Both the position numbers and the translations under genes were made by a program. Below are positions 38,736 to 48,200 of a stretch of 64,000 bases of DNA, piece by piece. Position 1 is the first letter of the stretch. Each line of letters opens with the position of its first letter. Under the pieces are notes generated by a model. It made no database searches. It worked only from the letters and a program-made list of their open reading frames with translations, and was not told the origin of the DNA. The stretch is from Acidobacteriota bacterium. GTDB lineage: Bacteria; Acidobacteriota; Vicinamibacteria; Vicinamibacterales; UBA2999. The stretch is taken from NCBI GenBank assembly GCA_016210845.1, contig JACQTK010000142.1, positions 11,479 through 75,478 on the forward strand. Direction: 5' to 3'.

Positions 38736-38892
38736 GGGCGGTTCCTGCGATCTACGATACCGCCGGCTGAGGCTCCCTGTCTAACGGGCGGCCCGACATC
38801 GAGGCGCGGCAGCCGACGAGCCGCAAGCGGCGGAAGGGCACGTCCAGCGCGCGTTCCCGCGCGGCTCGCGGCTGAGGGTCATCGCCTCCATC

Positions 38893-40461
38893 GTGCAAGA
38901 GTCGCCTGCGGTGAGCCGCGGGGCGCCTCATACCTTGGTGCCGCTTGACAGATCCGATCAGTCACGTATATTCGCAGGAGCGGTGAGAAGCAGGGACACT
39001 CTCCTCGTCCTGGTCGCGGCCGTTGCACTCGGCGTCGTCGTCGCCACTGGCGTGGCAGCGCAGTCGCCTCCCGCCGACCGGACCGCGCAGCAGCACGCCG
39101 TTCTCCGGCTGCAGAACGACGTGGCCGCGCTGGAGCTGTTCAGGCCGGCCTTCCCGTTCTGGCGCCACATCTTCACCATCCCCGATGGCGCCGTGATCTA
39201 TGGCAGCGCGATCGACGGCCGCCTGCTGGCCACGTTCCCCCTCAACGGCAATTGGGTGCGCGACGCCGTCTGGAGTGACGACTCGCTGGCGGGCGCGCTG
39301 GCAGGGCACCGCCTCCCCCCGAGGCTGTCGCAGAGGCGCGACGAGGTGGCGCGGCTGCTCCAGGAATCGGCTGGCCCCGTGCTGCACAATGCCACGCGCG
39401 GCCTCTCGCTCCTGCCCAACGAGCGTCGCTACGCCGCGTTTCTGGACGAGTGGGGCGCCATCTACGAGCGCTTCGCCCTGCCCGCCGACATCGGCCTGGC
39501 GCAGGCGGTCGTCGAGTCCGGGCTCAGCGGCAGGGCTCGCTCGGAGGCGAGGGCGATCGGCTTCTGCCAGTGGCTGATCGCGAACTGGAACCGGCTGAAG
39601 CGCCTCTCTCCGCACGTCATCGAGGGCTACAACCAGACGACGCAGGCGCCGTACTGCGCCGCGTACCTCACCATCCTCGCCACCAAGTACGGCAGCTTCA
39701 TTCCCGCCCTCTCGGAGCACCACACCGGGGGCACCAACGTCGGCCGGACGCTCATCAACGGCGAGCGGCTTGGGGGTGTGGACGTCCGCGAGCGGTACTT
39801 CCTCGGCGCCGAGTTCGCGCGCGACCTGCGCAGCCTGTCTCCGGGCCGGTACCGGGACGTCTATGGAAGCTACGGCCCGCGGTCGTTCTTCTATGCGGAA
39901 ATGGTGTTCGGCAACATGGCGAACGTGACGCGCCTGCGGACGGAGGTGCCGCGGTCGAAGATCTTCGCGATGCGGACGCGCCGCGCCCTGCCGCTGGCCG
40001 AGGTCACGCGGCGGACGGGGCTGTCGACCGACGAGGTGCGGCGGTTCAACCCAGCGCTCGTCCGGAGCGTCCCCGCGGGCGCCACCATCTACCTGCCCCG
40101 GTACGTCGAGGCGTTCGGCTCCGACGTCTCGTTCTGGCACCGGCCGCCGAGCGCGGCGTACTCGCAGGCGCTCGAGGAGTTCGTCCGACTGGATGTGCCG
40201 CTGGAGCGGTGGGACGATCGGGCGTTCGATGCGGTACTGACCGACTTCCGCAGGCGGTTCGCCGCCACCCGGACGGAGGAGGGCACGGTGATGGCCACGA
40301 CGCTCGCCTTCGTGCTGGAGGATCGCCGCACCAGCGGGCAGGCGCAGATCCTCGCCGACTTCCGGACCAACCCGCGCGTGCTGCGGCTGTTCGACCGGGC
40401 GCGCATGGAATGGGACAGCTTCCTTCTGTCCAGCGCGGCCGTGCCCACGAGTCTCGAGTGA
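38893..40461 (+). CDS. membrane-bound lytic transglycosylase (SLT domain plus LysM-like domain)
   Basis: SLT catalytic region GLAQAVVESGLSGRARSEARAIGFCQW and a LysM-like LAEVTRRTGLSTDEVRRFNPAL...GATIYLP. The start is ambiguous (GTG at 38893 or 38983). Confidence 0.75.
   Translation: MQESPAVSRGAPHTLVPLDRSDQSRIFAGAVRSRDTLLVLVAAVALGVVVATGVAAQSPPADRTAQQHAVLRLQNDVAALELFRPAFPFWRHIFTIPDGAVIYGSAIDGRLLATFPLNGNWVRDAVWSDDSLAGALAGHRLPPRLSQRRDEVARLLQESAGPVLHNATRGLSLLPNERRYAAFLDEWGAIYERFALPADIGLAQAVVESGLSGRARSEARAIGFCQWLIANWNRLKRLSPHVIEGYNQTTQAPYCAAYLTILATKYGSFIPALSEHHTGGTNVGRTLINGERLGGVDVRERYFLGAEFARDLRSLSPGRYRDVYGSYGPRSFFYAEMVFGNMANVTRLRTEVPRSKIFAMRTRRALPLAEVTRRTGLSTDEVRRFNPALVRSVPAGATIYLPRYVEAFGSDVSFWHRPPSAAYSQALEEFVRLDVPLERWDDRAFDAVLTDFRRRFAATRTEEGTVMATTLAFVLEDRRTSGQAQILADFRTNPRVLRLFDRARMEWDSFLLSSAAVPTSLE
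40351..40461 (+). repeat. left copy of the 111-nt direct repeat (last 36 codons plus stop of the lytic transglycosylase gene)
   Basis: Aligns with 51833-51943. A 56-nt core is identical (40369-40424 = 51851-51906), and both copies end in a TGA stop. Confidence 0.9.
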
Positions 40462-40483
40462 GCCGGACCGCGCTCACGCGCCG

Positions 40484-41310
40484 TATCCGATCGAGACCCA
40501 CCCGCAGCGCGAGCAGGCCGACGAGGAACAGCAGCATCTGGAGCGGGAGGACCCACCGGGCCCACTGGGGCCAGGGGATCCCGGCCAGCGCGACGACGCC
40601 CATCAGCACCGCGTTGGTGGGCACGATCATGTTCGTGAATCCGTCGCCCATCTGAAACGCCAGGACGGCCGCGTGACGCCCACCGGATCCGAGAGCGGCG
40701 CCATCAGCGGCATCGTGAGCGCCGCCTGCCCGCTGCCGGACGGCACGAAGAAGTTGATCGCGGTCTGGGCGGCGAACATCGCCATGGCCGCCGTCGCCGA
40801 GTTCGTGCCCTCGAGCGCCGAGGCCATGGCGTGCAGAATCGTGTCGATCACCTGGCCGCCCTGCAGCACGATCAGAATGCCGCGCGCGAGCCCGATGAGC
40901 ACCCCCGTCGGGGCGAGCTGACGCACGCCGTCCATGAAGGCGGCGGCCGTGCCGTTGCCGTCGAGCCCGCCGGCCGCGCCCATGATCACGCCGAGCGCGA
41001 TGAAGAGCGCCGCGATCTCGACGATGTACCAGCCGAAGCCTCCCTGCCCCGCCGGGAGCACGCCCCACACGAGCACCGCGAGACCCGCGCAGAAGATCGC
41101 CAGCACGGCCTGATGCCGCCGCGTGAACGCGGCCTCGAGGCCCGTCAGGTGCAGGCCCTCGCGCCGCTTCACCTCGTCTATCGCATAGGTCGGGCTCTTC
41201 ATCGGGTCCCGCCGCACGCGGTGGGCGTGCCTCATCACGAAGGCGATGGTGAGGGCGGTCGTGACGAGCCAGAGGCCGGCGCGGAACCCGGCGCCCGAGA
41301 ACGGCGGCAC
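40484..41310 (-). pseudogene. YfcC-family membrane transporter fragment (5'-truncated, frameshifted)
   Basis: ORF 40627..41310 (…FFVPSGSGQAALTMPLMAPLSDPVGVTR) loses frame near 40675. The continuation AAVLAFQMGDGFTNMIVPTNAVLMGVVALAGIPW... is in the frame of track ORF 40046..41332. Only about 280 of the ~460-500 aa expected remain. Confidence 0.6.
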
Positions 41311-41521
41311 GCCCGCGATCTCCTGGGCTCAACGCCTTCCGGCATCACGGACACGATCACTACCTCTCGCTCGCAACATGGACAAACCACTTGTCGTGCT
41401 CAACGCCTTTCGGCATCAGAGCCTCCCACACGCGCAATATGCGTCACCCACCCTGACAACGCGTGTCAGGGTGTCCAGAGGAATCTGGCGGGGTGTGGTA
41501 GCGGCGAGTATAGTAGACGTA

Positions 41522-41845
41522 ATGTCCATCCCGCTGCCCGCCCAAGCGCCTCCGATTCGCGAAACCGACGGCGCTCTCCGTGTCGGCCGGACCGGCGTGA
41601 CACTCGAAACGGTGCTCTGGGCCTTTCAGCAAGGCGCCACCCCCGATGACATCAAGAGACGGTTTCCCTCGCTCGAACTGGCTGATATCTACGACGTGAT
41701 CGCCCACTATCTGCGTCATCGCGACACCGTCGATGCGTATCTGCGAGAACGCGAACAGGTGTATCGCGAGACGACCGAGCAGCTCAAGAAGGAATTCCCG
41801 CAAGACGATCTTCGGGCACGTTTGCTCGAACGCGTCAAGCGGTGA
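41522..41845 (+). CDS. DUF433-domain protein (putative antitoxin)
   Basis: RVGRTGVTLETVLWAFQQGATPDDIKRRFPSLELADIYDVIAHYL is a typical DUF433 core. 4-nt overlap with the downstream gene. Confidence 0.65.
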   Translation: MSIPLPAQAPPIRETDGALRVGRTGVTLETVLWAFQQGATPDDIKRRFPSLELADIYDVIAHYLRHRDTVDAYLREREQVYRETTEQLKKEFPQDDLRARLLERVKR

Positions 41846-42198
41846 TCGCGTTCCTGTGGGACGAGAGCGCCAATGAAGACGTGTTGCGCGCCTGGCGGCA
41901 CGACATGCCCAACTGCGACGTCCTTACCGTTCATGAGGCGCAGCTCTCCGGGGTCAGCGACGACGAGATCGCCGACTGGGCGCGCGCACATGATCGTGTC
42001 ATCGTGACCCAGGACCGCACCACGATGCCCGGCGTCGTCGTCCGTCGCATACGGTCTGGACAATTCGTACCCGGGATCGTGGTGATGGACTTGACACAGT
42101 TGTCGCCAGGCGCCGCGGCAGAGGAGTTGGCCCTGATCGCAGAGGCAAGTCTCCCCGGCGAGCTGGCCAATCGCGTCGTATTCCTCCCGCTGCGCTAG
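41842..42198 (+). CDS. DUF5615/PIN-like protein (putative toxin partner of DUF433)
   Basis: 118 aa, FLWDESANEDVL...DDEIADWARAHDRVIVTQD, in the usual DUF433-DUF5615 gene order. Confidence 0.55.
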   Translation: MIAFLWDESANEDVLRAWRHDMPNCDVLTVHEAQLSGVSDDEIADWARAHDRVIVTQDRTTMPGVVVRRIRSGQFVPGIVVMDLTQLSPGAAAEELALIAEASLPGELANRVVFLPLR

Positions 42199-42207
42199 AG
42201 AGAGGCC

Positions 42208-42693
42208 TCAGCGCGAGACTCGGACTTTGTCTGTCTTGGCCAGCCCCGCTCGCCTACCGTCACCAGCCGCAAGCAGCCCCCGAGCGCGATAGGCACTCAG
42301 CGCAGCTTCGAGCTCGGCCGCCACGGCGCGGCCGAGCGCCGCGGGCGCCAGCACCTCCGCCTCAGCCCCGAACTGCATGACCCATCGCTGAATCTCGCCC
42401 AAGCCGGCAATCCGCATCCGTAGCACACATCCGCCATCGAGCAGACCTTCAACACGCGCGGTGCTGTGCCACTTGCGCTCCCGTATCCACCGTGCCTGCC
42501 TGGGCGTGAACCGAATGACGACGTCTACTGGGCGCCCGCCCTTCTCGATCGCAAAGGCCGCGGCGAGGTACGCGCGCGGATCGAAGTCGCTCGGAATCTC
42601 GAAACTCTCGGTGGTGATCGTGACACGCCGAATGCGGTGCACTGCGAAGTCTCGGACCGCCGCGCGCCTCTCGTCCCAGGCTGCTACGTGCAT
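42208..42693 (-). pseudogene. WYL-domain regulator, C-terminal part only (HTH and first half missing)
   Basis: HVAAWDERRAAVRDFAVHRIRRVTITTESFEIPSDFDPRAYL is the distal WYL-domain pattern, followed by a WCX-like tail. There is an in-frame stop upstream and only ~200 bp before the divergent STAND gene. Confidence 0.55.
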
Positions 42694-42896
42694 AGGCTGC
42701 GTCGCCGGCTTCGACGGCCCGGTGCCATCGCGCCGCCATCTGCGCGCCGCGCCGCATCCTCACCCAGGGATGTAGACGTTTCTTGCGAGCCTTTGCCATA
42801 CTCTGGATTTCCGGCGGGCAATTGTACTTCTTGACGAGCAGTTCGCCGCCGCGCGCCGGTCTGGCTCTGAGCGGACTCTTGTACACAGCGGGTGAG

Positions 42897-45665
42897 ATGG
42901 ACGGATCTGGGCGTACGCGAAACGAATGGCGTCACCTGCTGGCTGGCCAACTACGCCGTGCCAAACGAAGACTCAAGGAAGAACTCGACGAGTCCACTTG
43001 GCGTTCCTCTAGGTACGGAGCCGCCAAGCTGCCAGAGGTTTTGAGGGGTTTTCCCCAACTCCACGACGACTGGCTTTCTTGCCGGAGGTGCAACGACCAG
43101 TCTGCCCGTGATTTCATCGAAGGTTGTTTGCTGAGGGACACTGACGGACCACGGCGCACGGCCGACAGAGTGATCTCCGCGAATTACCAGTCCTCCTTTC
43201 GAAGCGACAGCGACATCCTGCCCCGGCGACATTTTTGGTGTCAGGATCTTAGCACGTTGCCAGTCATCGAGGACTGGCACACTGGTCGAGAGATCGAGCT
43301 CGCCGCAATTAAGGATCTCATTGACAGCGTCCGTGTGCGGGGGGGCGTCGTCGGAATTGTCGGACGTGGCGGCACGGGGAAAAGTGTCTTTGCCGGTCTG
43401 CTGGTTCATCACCTCTATGGGCACCGCGAAAGTGTCGTATTCGTAGACGCCAAGAAGTACCCCACTGCCGAACAGATTCTCCAACAACTGTTGCGCCAAC
43501 TCGGTGCAGCGGAATCTTCTGTACGGGGTGTTTCTGACTTGCGGGATTCGCTGGAGCGGTGGGTCGAAGGTCGACAGTGGACCTTCCTGGTTGATGCTGT
43601 GAACGAAATGCGGCCTCCTTTTTCGACGGCCTGGTTGCCGCGGCTGACTCCTGGCAACGTCATGGTCGTCGTTCTTCAGCCCCAGGAGTGGCTGATTCAG
43701 GCGATGGACTTCTGGGGAACATGGGCGCGGTACCCCCTGCGGAAGATGGCGCGATCGAGCGTGCGCAAGTGGCTGAAAGCCGCGCACCCGGTTGAGTACG
43801 ATGAGCTCGAGCGGCTGGGCGGATCCGCGATCGATGAAATGCTCGAACGGACGGATGGGTACTTGCCGGACGTGAGTCAATACTCTGAACGTCTTGTCCG
43901 GGAGATACGGGCTGCGCGCGCGAGCGGCCGCGATCCGCATTACGTCGACTTCGATTTCTCGGTGCCCGGATTGCCCGAGCGGGAGCGAGGTGGGCAACTC
44001 TGGAATCGCATACTCGCCGGCGCCGATGACGCCGAGATGATGAAGGAGTTCCTGTCATACCTCTTCTGCGCCCGGGGTCTCCCAGGCATCGTGATGGCAA
44101 CGCTTCTCTCGCGACGATTTGGTCGTTACGTGTCGATTGATGACGTTCAGGACTTGAGGCGAAACGCCAGGGGGGCGATCGATGAAGGCCCGGTGCTGCA
44201 CCACACCGTGTGGTTGTACCTGGCCTCCGTCCTTGACCAGCAGGACATCGCGAAGCGGCATCGCGACATCTTCAAGGCTCTCAGGCGCAGCGACGCGTAC
44301 TGGGTGGAACAGGCTACAACGCACTTGATGGTCTCCGACATCTCACATCACGAACGCATGACCGCACTGACCGATCCCGAATTGCTCTCTCGACGTCTGC
44401 GAACGCCCGGATTTGGCGTCATTCACGGAGAGGCACTCAGGAACGAGTTCTCCCGCGCCGGAACCGAGGAAGAGCGGCGCAAGGTGGCCGCCAGGCTAGG
44501 ATGCCGGTGGCGCAGAGAGGTCGAGCGACGCCCCTTTTCCGCAGCAGAGTACGACGAGCTCTTGGATCTTCTCGAGGTCGCTGGACTGCCAGGATTCGCC
44601 AGTCTGGCCGCGTTCGTCGCCGACCGCGCCTTTCGACGTACGACGAAACCTAAGTATCTCCAGCGCTGTGGTTGGATTCGCTATCAGGCGCTGGACCAGT
44701 GGGACAGGGCCCTTCGCGACATGGTCAACGCGTCCGAGCTGTTTGGCGACACGTCGGTCGAGGCGGCCAGGTGCAACCGGCTTCGGGCCTTGGCGCTCTT
44801 CGACATGGGCCGACGCGAGGAGGCCAAACGCTGGGCGCGAGCCAGCCTCAAGACGTTCGACAAGCTCGGGTATAGGCGCGATGCAGCGCGCGCGCGGGAA
44901 ACCCTCGGAGTCATCCTCGATGCTGAGGGGCGATGGGATCTCTCTGTTGAACGCTATAGAGACGCGGAACGCCAGTTCGACAGAGATCCGGTGGACAAGC
45001 TGCGAGTGCTGCTGAATCGCTCAATTGCAACACTGTTTCTCGAGGGAATCGAACGAGCCTGGGCGGATCTAAAGGCCATTGAGAACCCCATCATGGACAC
45101 CGGCGATCATCAGCTTGCCGACTATTTCCACGTAAACTGCTGCGTGATCGCACTCCTTCGAGAGAATCCCGCGGAGTTTGGGCGCCATGCCGAGCGGGCC
45201 GCCGGAACGACAGAGGATTGGCTTCGCGACTCACTGCACGAGAACCGAGCCGTTGCGGTCTGGCGATTCGACAAGAATCCGTCAGCAGCACTCAAGGAGT
45301 TCAACCGGCTCAAGCGCAATTTCGCCAGACAGAAGGATGCCTGGGGCCTTATCGACAACAGTCTCAATGCAGGGTTCGTCCATGTTGATTGCGGTCGACA
45401 GACCGAGGCCCGCCGTAACTTCACGCTCGCCTACAAGCTGAGCAGGGCGCGTCACTACCCTGTGGGATACGGTCTTGCCTGGAGAGGACTGCAACTGTGC
45501 AATGAGATGCCAACGGGCGACGCACGAATGGCGAGGTACTGGTATGACAAGCGCCTCGACCACCTTTTTGGACCACGAATTCCGTTCGTGCCCCTGTACG
45601 TGCTTCTTGCCGAATCCTTGAGTATGGACGTACGGGGCTATGGCCTTTACGCAGTTGAGCCTTGA
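42897..45665 (+). CDS. STAND-class P-loop NTPase with a C-terminal TPR-like array and an uncharacterised ~190-aa N-terminal domain
   Basis: Walker A GIVGRGGTGKSVFAG and Walker B WTFLVDAVNE. The C-terminal ~350 aa are helical repeats (…ARCNRLRALALFDMGRREEAKRWARASLKTFDKLGYRRDAARARETLGVIL…). The track start at 42783 is a TTG, so I prefer the ATG at 42897. Confidence 0.75.
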   Translation: MDGSGRTRNEWRHLLAGQLRRAKRRLKEELDESTWRSSRYGAAKLPEVLRGFPQLHDDWLSCRRCNDQSARDFIEGCLLRDTDGPRRTADRVISANYQSSFRSDSDILPRRHFWCQDLSTLPVIEDWHTGREIELAAIKDLIDSVRVRGGVVGIVGRGGTGKSVFAGLLVHHLYGHRESVVFVDAKKYPTAEQILQQLLRQLGAAESSVRGVSDLRDSLERWVEGRQWTFLVDAVNEMRPPFSTAWLPRLTPGNVMVVVLQPQEWLIQAMDFWGTWARYPLRKMARSSVRKWLKAAHPVEYDELERLGGSAIDEMLERTDGYLPDVSQYSERLVREIRAARASGRDPHYVDFDFSVPGLPERERGGQLWNRILAGADDAEMMKEFLSYLFCARGLPGIVMATLLSRRFGRYVSIDDVQDLRRNARGAIDEGPVLHHTVWLYLASVLDQQDIAKRHRDIFKALRRSDAYWVEQATTHLMVSDISHHERMTALTDPELLSRRLRTPGFGVIHGEALRNEFSRAGTEEERRKVAARLGCRWRREVERRPFSAAEYDELLDLLEVAGLPGFASLAAFVADRAFRRTTKPKYLQRCGWIRYQALDQWDRALRDMVNASELFGDTSVEAARCNRLRALALFDMGRREEAKRWARASLKTFDKLGYRRDAARARETLGVILDAEGRWDLSVERYRDAERQFDRDPVDKLRVLLNRSIATLFLEGIERAWADLKAIENPIMDTGDHQLADYFHVNCCVIALLRENPAEFGRHAERAAGTTEDWLRDSLHENRAVAVWRFDKNPSAALKEFNRLKRNFARQKDAWGLIDNSLNAGFVHVDCGRQTEARRNFTLAYKLSRARHYPVGYGLAWRGLQLCNEMPTGDARMARYWYDKRLDHLFGPRIPFVPLYVLLAESLSMDVRGYGLYAVEP

Positions 45666-46671
45666 GGACATGCGCTGCATCAATCCTGCTCGCGTGGCGT
45701 ACGCGCATGACCTGATGGCAGACGAGTACGACCAATGCGACGACCTCTGGTACCCGTGGCTCTTCGCTCAGATCCACGATTTCATCGTCGCTGACTTAAG
45801 CAGGGACCCACCCGATTGTAGGGTCGCCATTGATGCAGGATGTGGAACTGGCTTTCAATCGTTTCTTCTTGCTCAAGCGGGATTCCAAGTACACGCCTTC
45901 GATCTCGCGAACGCACTTGTGGCGCGCGCGCGTGACAAGTCCGACACTTTCGCGGTAACACCCTTGCAGTCACCCCCCCTTTTTCAGGCCGACGTTGACC
46001 TGGCTTGGCTCGCAAACCATCACAAGAGGCTACGCGAGGCACTCGAATCGCTGCGACAGGGCCGTCGCGTCGTTCCACCGCGCTTCCGTACGGGAGACGT
46101 GACGACGTTCGACTACGCCAGTCTCGTTCCGAATGTCATTGTGTGCTGTGGGTCGGTGCTGAGCTTCGTTGACGATTACTGTGCCGTTCTTCAGAAGATG
46201 GCCCACGCCTTGGCACCTGGCGGACGCATTTATCTCGAAGTTGAGCAGCGCGTAAACGGCGACTTGGTATGGCCGGCCATTGACAATCTACTGGGTGGCC
46301 GCATCGGATACCAGCAGACTTGGCGCGGCTTGCTGCGAAACCTATTCGCTAGACCGGGACGGGCAGTCCGAATCGATTACCCTTTTGAACTCCATACCGG
46401 CGAGGAGGTCATCCTTCCGATGTGGTTGTTCTCCGTCTCCGAACTACATCGACTGTTCGACTCCGTGGACCTCCGGGTTCGCGACAGATTGGGAATCCAC
46501 CACGTAACGAACATCCTGCCGAGTCCCTGGTTGCACCGAAGTCCCCCATCGAGGCGGACGATGACGATCTTCGAGCCGTTACGCGTTGCCGACGGCAGCC
46601 TTGGACGAGTATGGCCGTTTGCCCGACTGGGATGTAGCGTGATGTACTCGTTGGAAAAACCCCTCAGCTGA
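45640..46671 (+). CDS. class I SAM-dependent methyltransferase
   Basis: Motif I AIDAGCGTGFQSFLLA and post-I HAFDL. It overlaps the STAND gene's 3' end by 26 nt; an alternative ATG lies at 45670. Confidence 0.75.
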   Translation: MAFTQLSLEDMRCINPARVAYAHDLMADEYDQCDDLWYPWLFAQIHDFIVADLSRDPPDCRVAIDAGCGTGFQSFLLAQAGFQVHAFDLANALVARARDKSDTFAVTPLQSPPLFQADVDLAWLANHHKRLREALESLRQGRRVVPPRFRTGDVTTFDYASLVPNVIVCCGSVLSFVDDYCAVLQKMAHALAPGGRIYLEVEQRVNGDLVWPAIDNLLGGRIGYQQTWRGLLRNLFARPGRAVRIDYPFELHTGEEVILPMWLFSVSELHRLFDSVDLRVRDRLGIHHVTNILPSPWLHRSPPSRRTMTIFEPLRVADGSLGRVWPFARLGCSVMYSLEKPLS

Positions 46672-46791
46672 CCTCACCAGAGGGCTCGCGTCCGAGGCCC
46701 TCCCTGCAAAGTCGATCCCGGCCTCTGCGTCTGCTGCGTCTGGGATCCTTTGGTGCAATGGTTCCGCGACCTCTCAATAGGAGTGGAACCA

Positions 46792-47112
46792 GTGATTCAG
46801 CACACCTCCGAAGCTCAGGCCCCGAAGTCTTCCAGACGCGGACGGCCCCCGCTGCCAGCGGAACGCAAACGTGTACACCGGTTCAATTTGCGCGTCACGC
46901 GGGCTGAACTGGACGCCATCTATCTCGCCGCCATTCGACACAGGGTTGACGCCACATGCCTCGTGCGGGCCGTCATCCGGCAATTCCTGGTCAGGCCCGG
47001 TGACCTGGATGCAGGCAACGAGCTGTCCGTTGCGGCCGAACACCTGCAGACACGCCCACCAGAGCCCACGGCAACTCGAATCAAGATCACATGTCCAAAC
47101 TCGACCGGCTGA
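46792..47112 (+). CDS. ribbon-helix-helix DNA-binding protein (MobC/CopG-like)
   Basis: RRGRPPLPAERKRVHRFNLRVTRAELDAIYLAA resembles the MobC/RHH N-terminal pattern. The GTG at 46792 lies 8 nt after TAGGAG. Confidence 0.5.
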   Translation: MIQHTSEAQAPKSSRRGRPPLPAERKRVHRFNLRVTRAELDAIYLAAIRHRVDATCLVRAVIRQFLVRPGDLDAGNELSVAAEHLQTRPPEPTATRIKITCPNSTG

Positions 47113-47167
47113 TTGCGGTGCCCGGAAACTCTCCTTCTCTCGCGGCAGACGCAGAATCGGAGACCCT

Positions 47168-47527
47168 ATGAAACAGACGCAGCTTCGATTGCACCGTCGG
47201 TTGTGCATGAATTGCCATCAGCGCGACGCGAAGTTCCGATCCCGCGGCGGACGGGTGAGGAGCGATCGGACCCACCCCCGCTTGTGCTTCGCCTGCTACC
47301 GATCTCTTCGCGACCGGGTCCGTGCGATGCGACTGGTGGCGACCGGGAGGGCGATACATCCATGGGCCCCAGGTTGTCAGGAACGCAAGCTGTCTTCCGT
47401 CAACAACAGTAGGAGAAGTCGCCATGCTTCTGATCGCCCTCTTGTTGGTCCAGCCCCTCAGCGCCCCGTTGGGCGCGGTGTCCCCAGGGCCCCCGGCCAC
47501 TATGCCCGGCGTCGTCAGACACGCTGA
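47168..47527 (+). CDS. possible small zinc-ribbon protein
   Basis: MKQTQLRLHRRLCMNCHQRD...PRLCFACYRSL has two CxxC pairs, with GGAGA 5 nt upstream. The 3' third overlaps the next gene by 104 nt and looks like off-frame sequence. Confidence 0.3.
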   Translation: MKQTQLRLHRRLCMNCHQRDAKFRSRGGRVRSDRTHPRLCFACYRSLRDRVRAMRLVATGRAIHPWAPGCQERKLSSVNNSRRSRHASDRPLVGPAPQRPVGRGVPRAPGHYARRRQTR

Positions 47528-48200
47528 TCAATCGGCTCTCGCGCTCTCGCCCGATTCTAGGCCACTGAACGAGGAAGACACCCGGCTGCGTCGCCTCTAT
47601 ACGACGGCGAAGGTCGACGACATCGCGCGCCGCTATCGATCCGCCGGGCGGGTGCGCGACCTGTCGCCCACCAGCCGCGTGCTGCTCCTCCAGGTGCTCC
47701 TTCCGGAACACGCGACGAGCGTCCTCGAGGCCTTCGCACCGATTCTCGCCGACGAGGAGCTGGCCTGCGTGGCGCTTGTCGCGGTGCTCCGGGCCAACGC
47801 GCCAATCCGGCCGTCCGACACGGTGGCGCGGCGACTGGCGCGGACGAGCGACGGCCGACTGGCCATGACGCTGAACACCCGCAACGTGCCACCAGCCCCG
47901 CGGCCGCTGGCCTCGCTGCGTGCCGCCCGCCTCGCCGTGATCGAGGAGTACTTTTTCAAGCAGGACTCCCCGGACGCGCAGGCCGCCGCGCTCGAACGGC
48001 TGGTCCATCTCACGATGGACGCATTCAAGACCGGCCAGTTCACGCCGAACGCGCCGGCGCCGCCCATTCGCGTCGCGCCCAGAAACGTCACGGACCTTGC
48101 GCTCAAGCTGGCCGTGCTCCCATACGTGACACACTCCAACGAGTTCCTGGCGCTCTTCGACGCCGTGGTCAACGGCACACCGCCCGGAGGAGACCGATGA
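47424..48200 (+). CDS. secreted protein of unknown function (island operon gene 1)
   Basis: Strong RBS (AGGAGAAGTCGCC-ATG) and an MLLIALLLVQPLSAPLGA signal-like N-terminus. No family recognised. Confidence 0.6.
   Translation: MLLIALLLVQPLSAPLGAVSPGPPATMPGVVRHADQSALALSPDSRPLNEEDTRLRRLYTTAKVDDIARRYRSAGRVRDLSPTSRVLLLQVLLPEHATSVLEAFAPILADEELACVALVAVLRANAPIRPSDTVARRLARTSDGRLAMTLNTRNVPPAPRPLASLRAARLAVIEEYFFKQDSPDAQAAALERLVHLTMDAFKTGQFTPNAPAPPIRVAPRNVTDLALKLAVLPYVTHSNEFLALFDAVVNGTPPGGDR

Noticed and set aside
40046-41332. The 428-aa minus-strand ORF spanning the island's left junction.
   Set aside because: It is a composite. Only residues ~221-283 make sense, as the YfcC C-terminal frame. The rest is antisense to the lytic transglycosylase gene or off-frame.
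47113-47412. ORF 47113..47412 (99 aa), and the upstream part of ORF 46871..47527.
   Set aside because: Their composition looks non-coding and they have no RBS. They overlap the better-supported RHH and zinc-ribbon frames.
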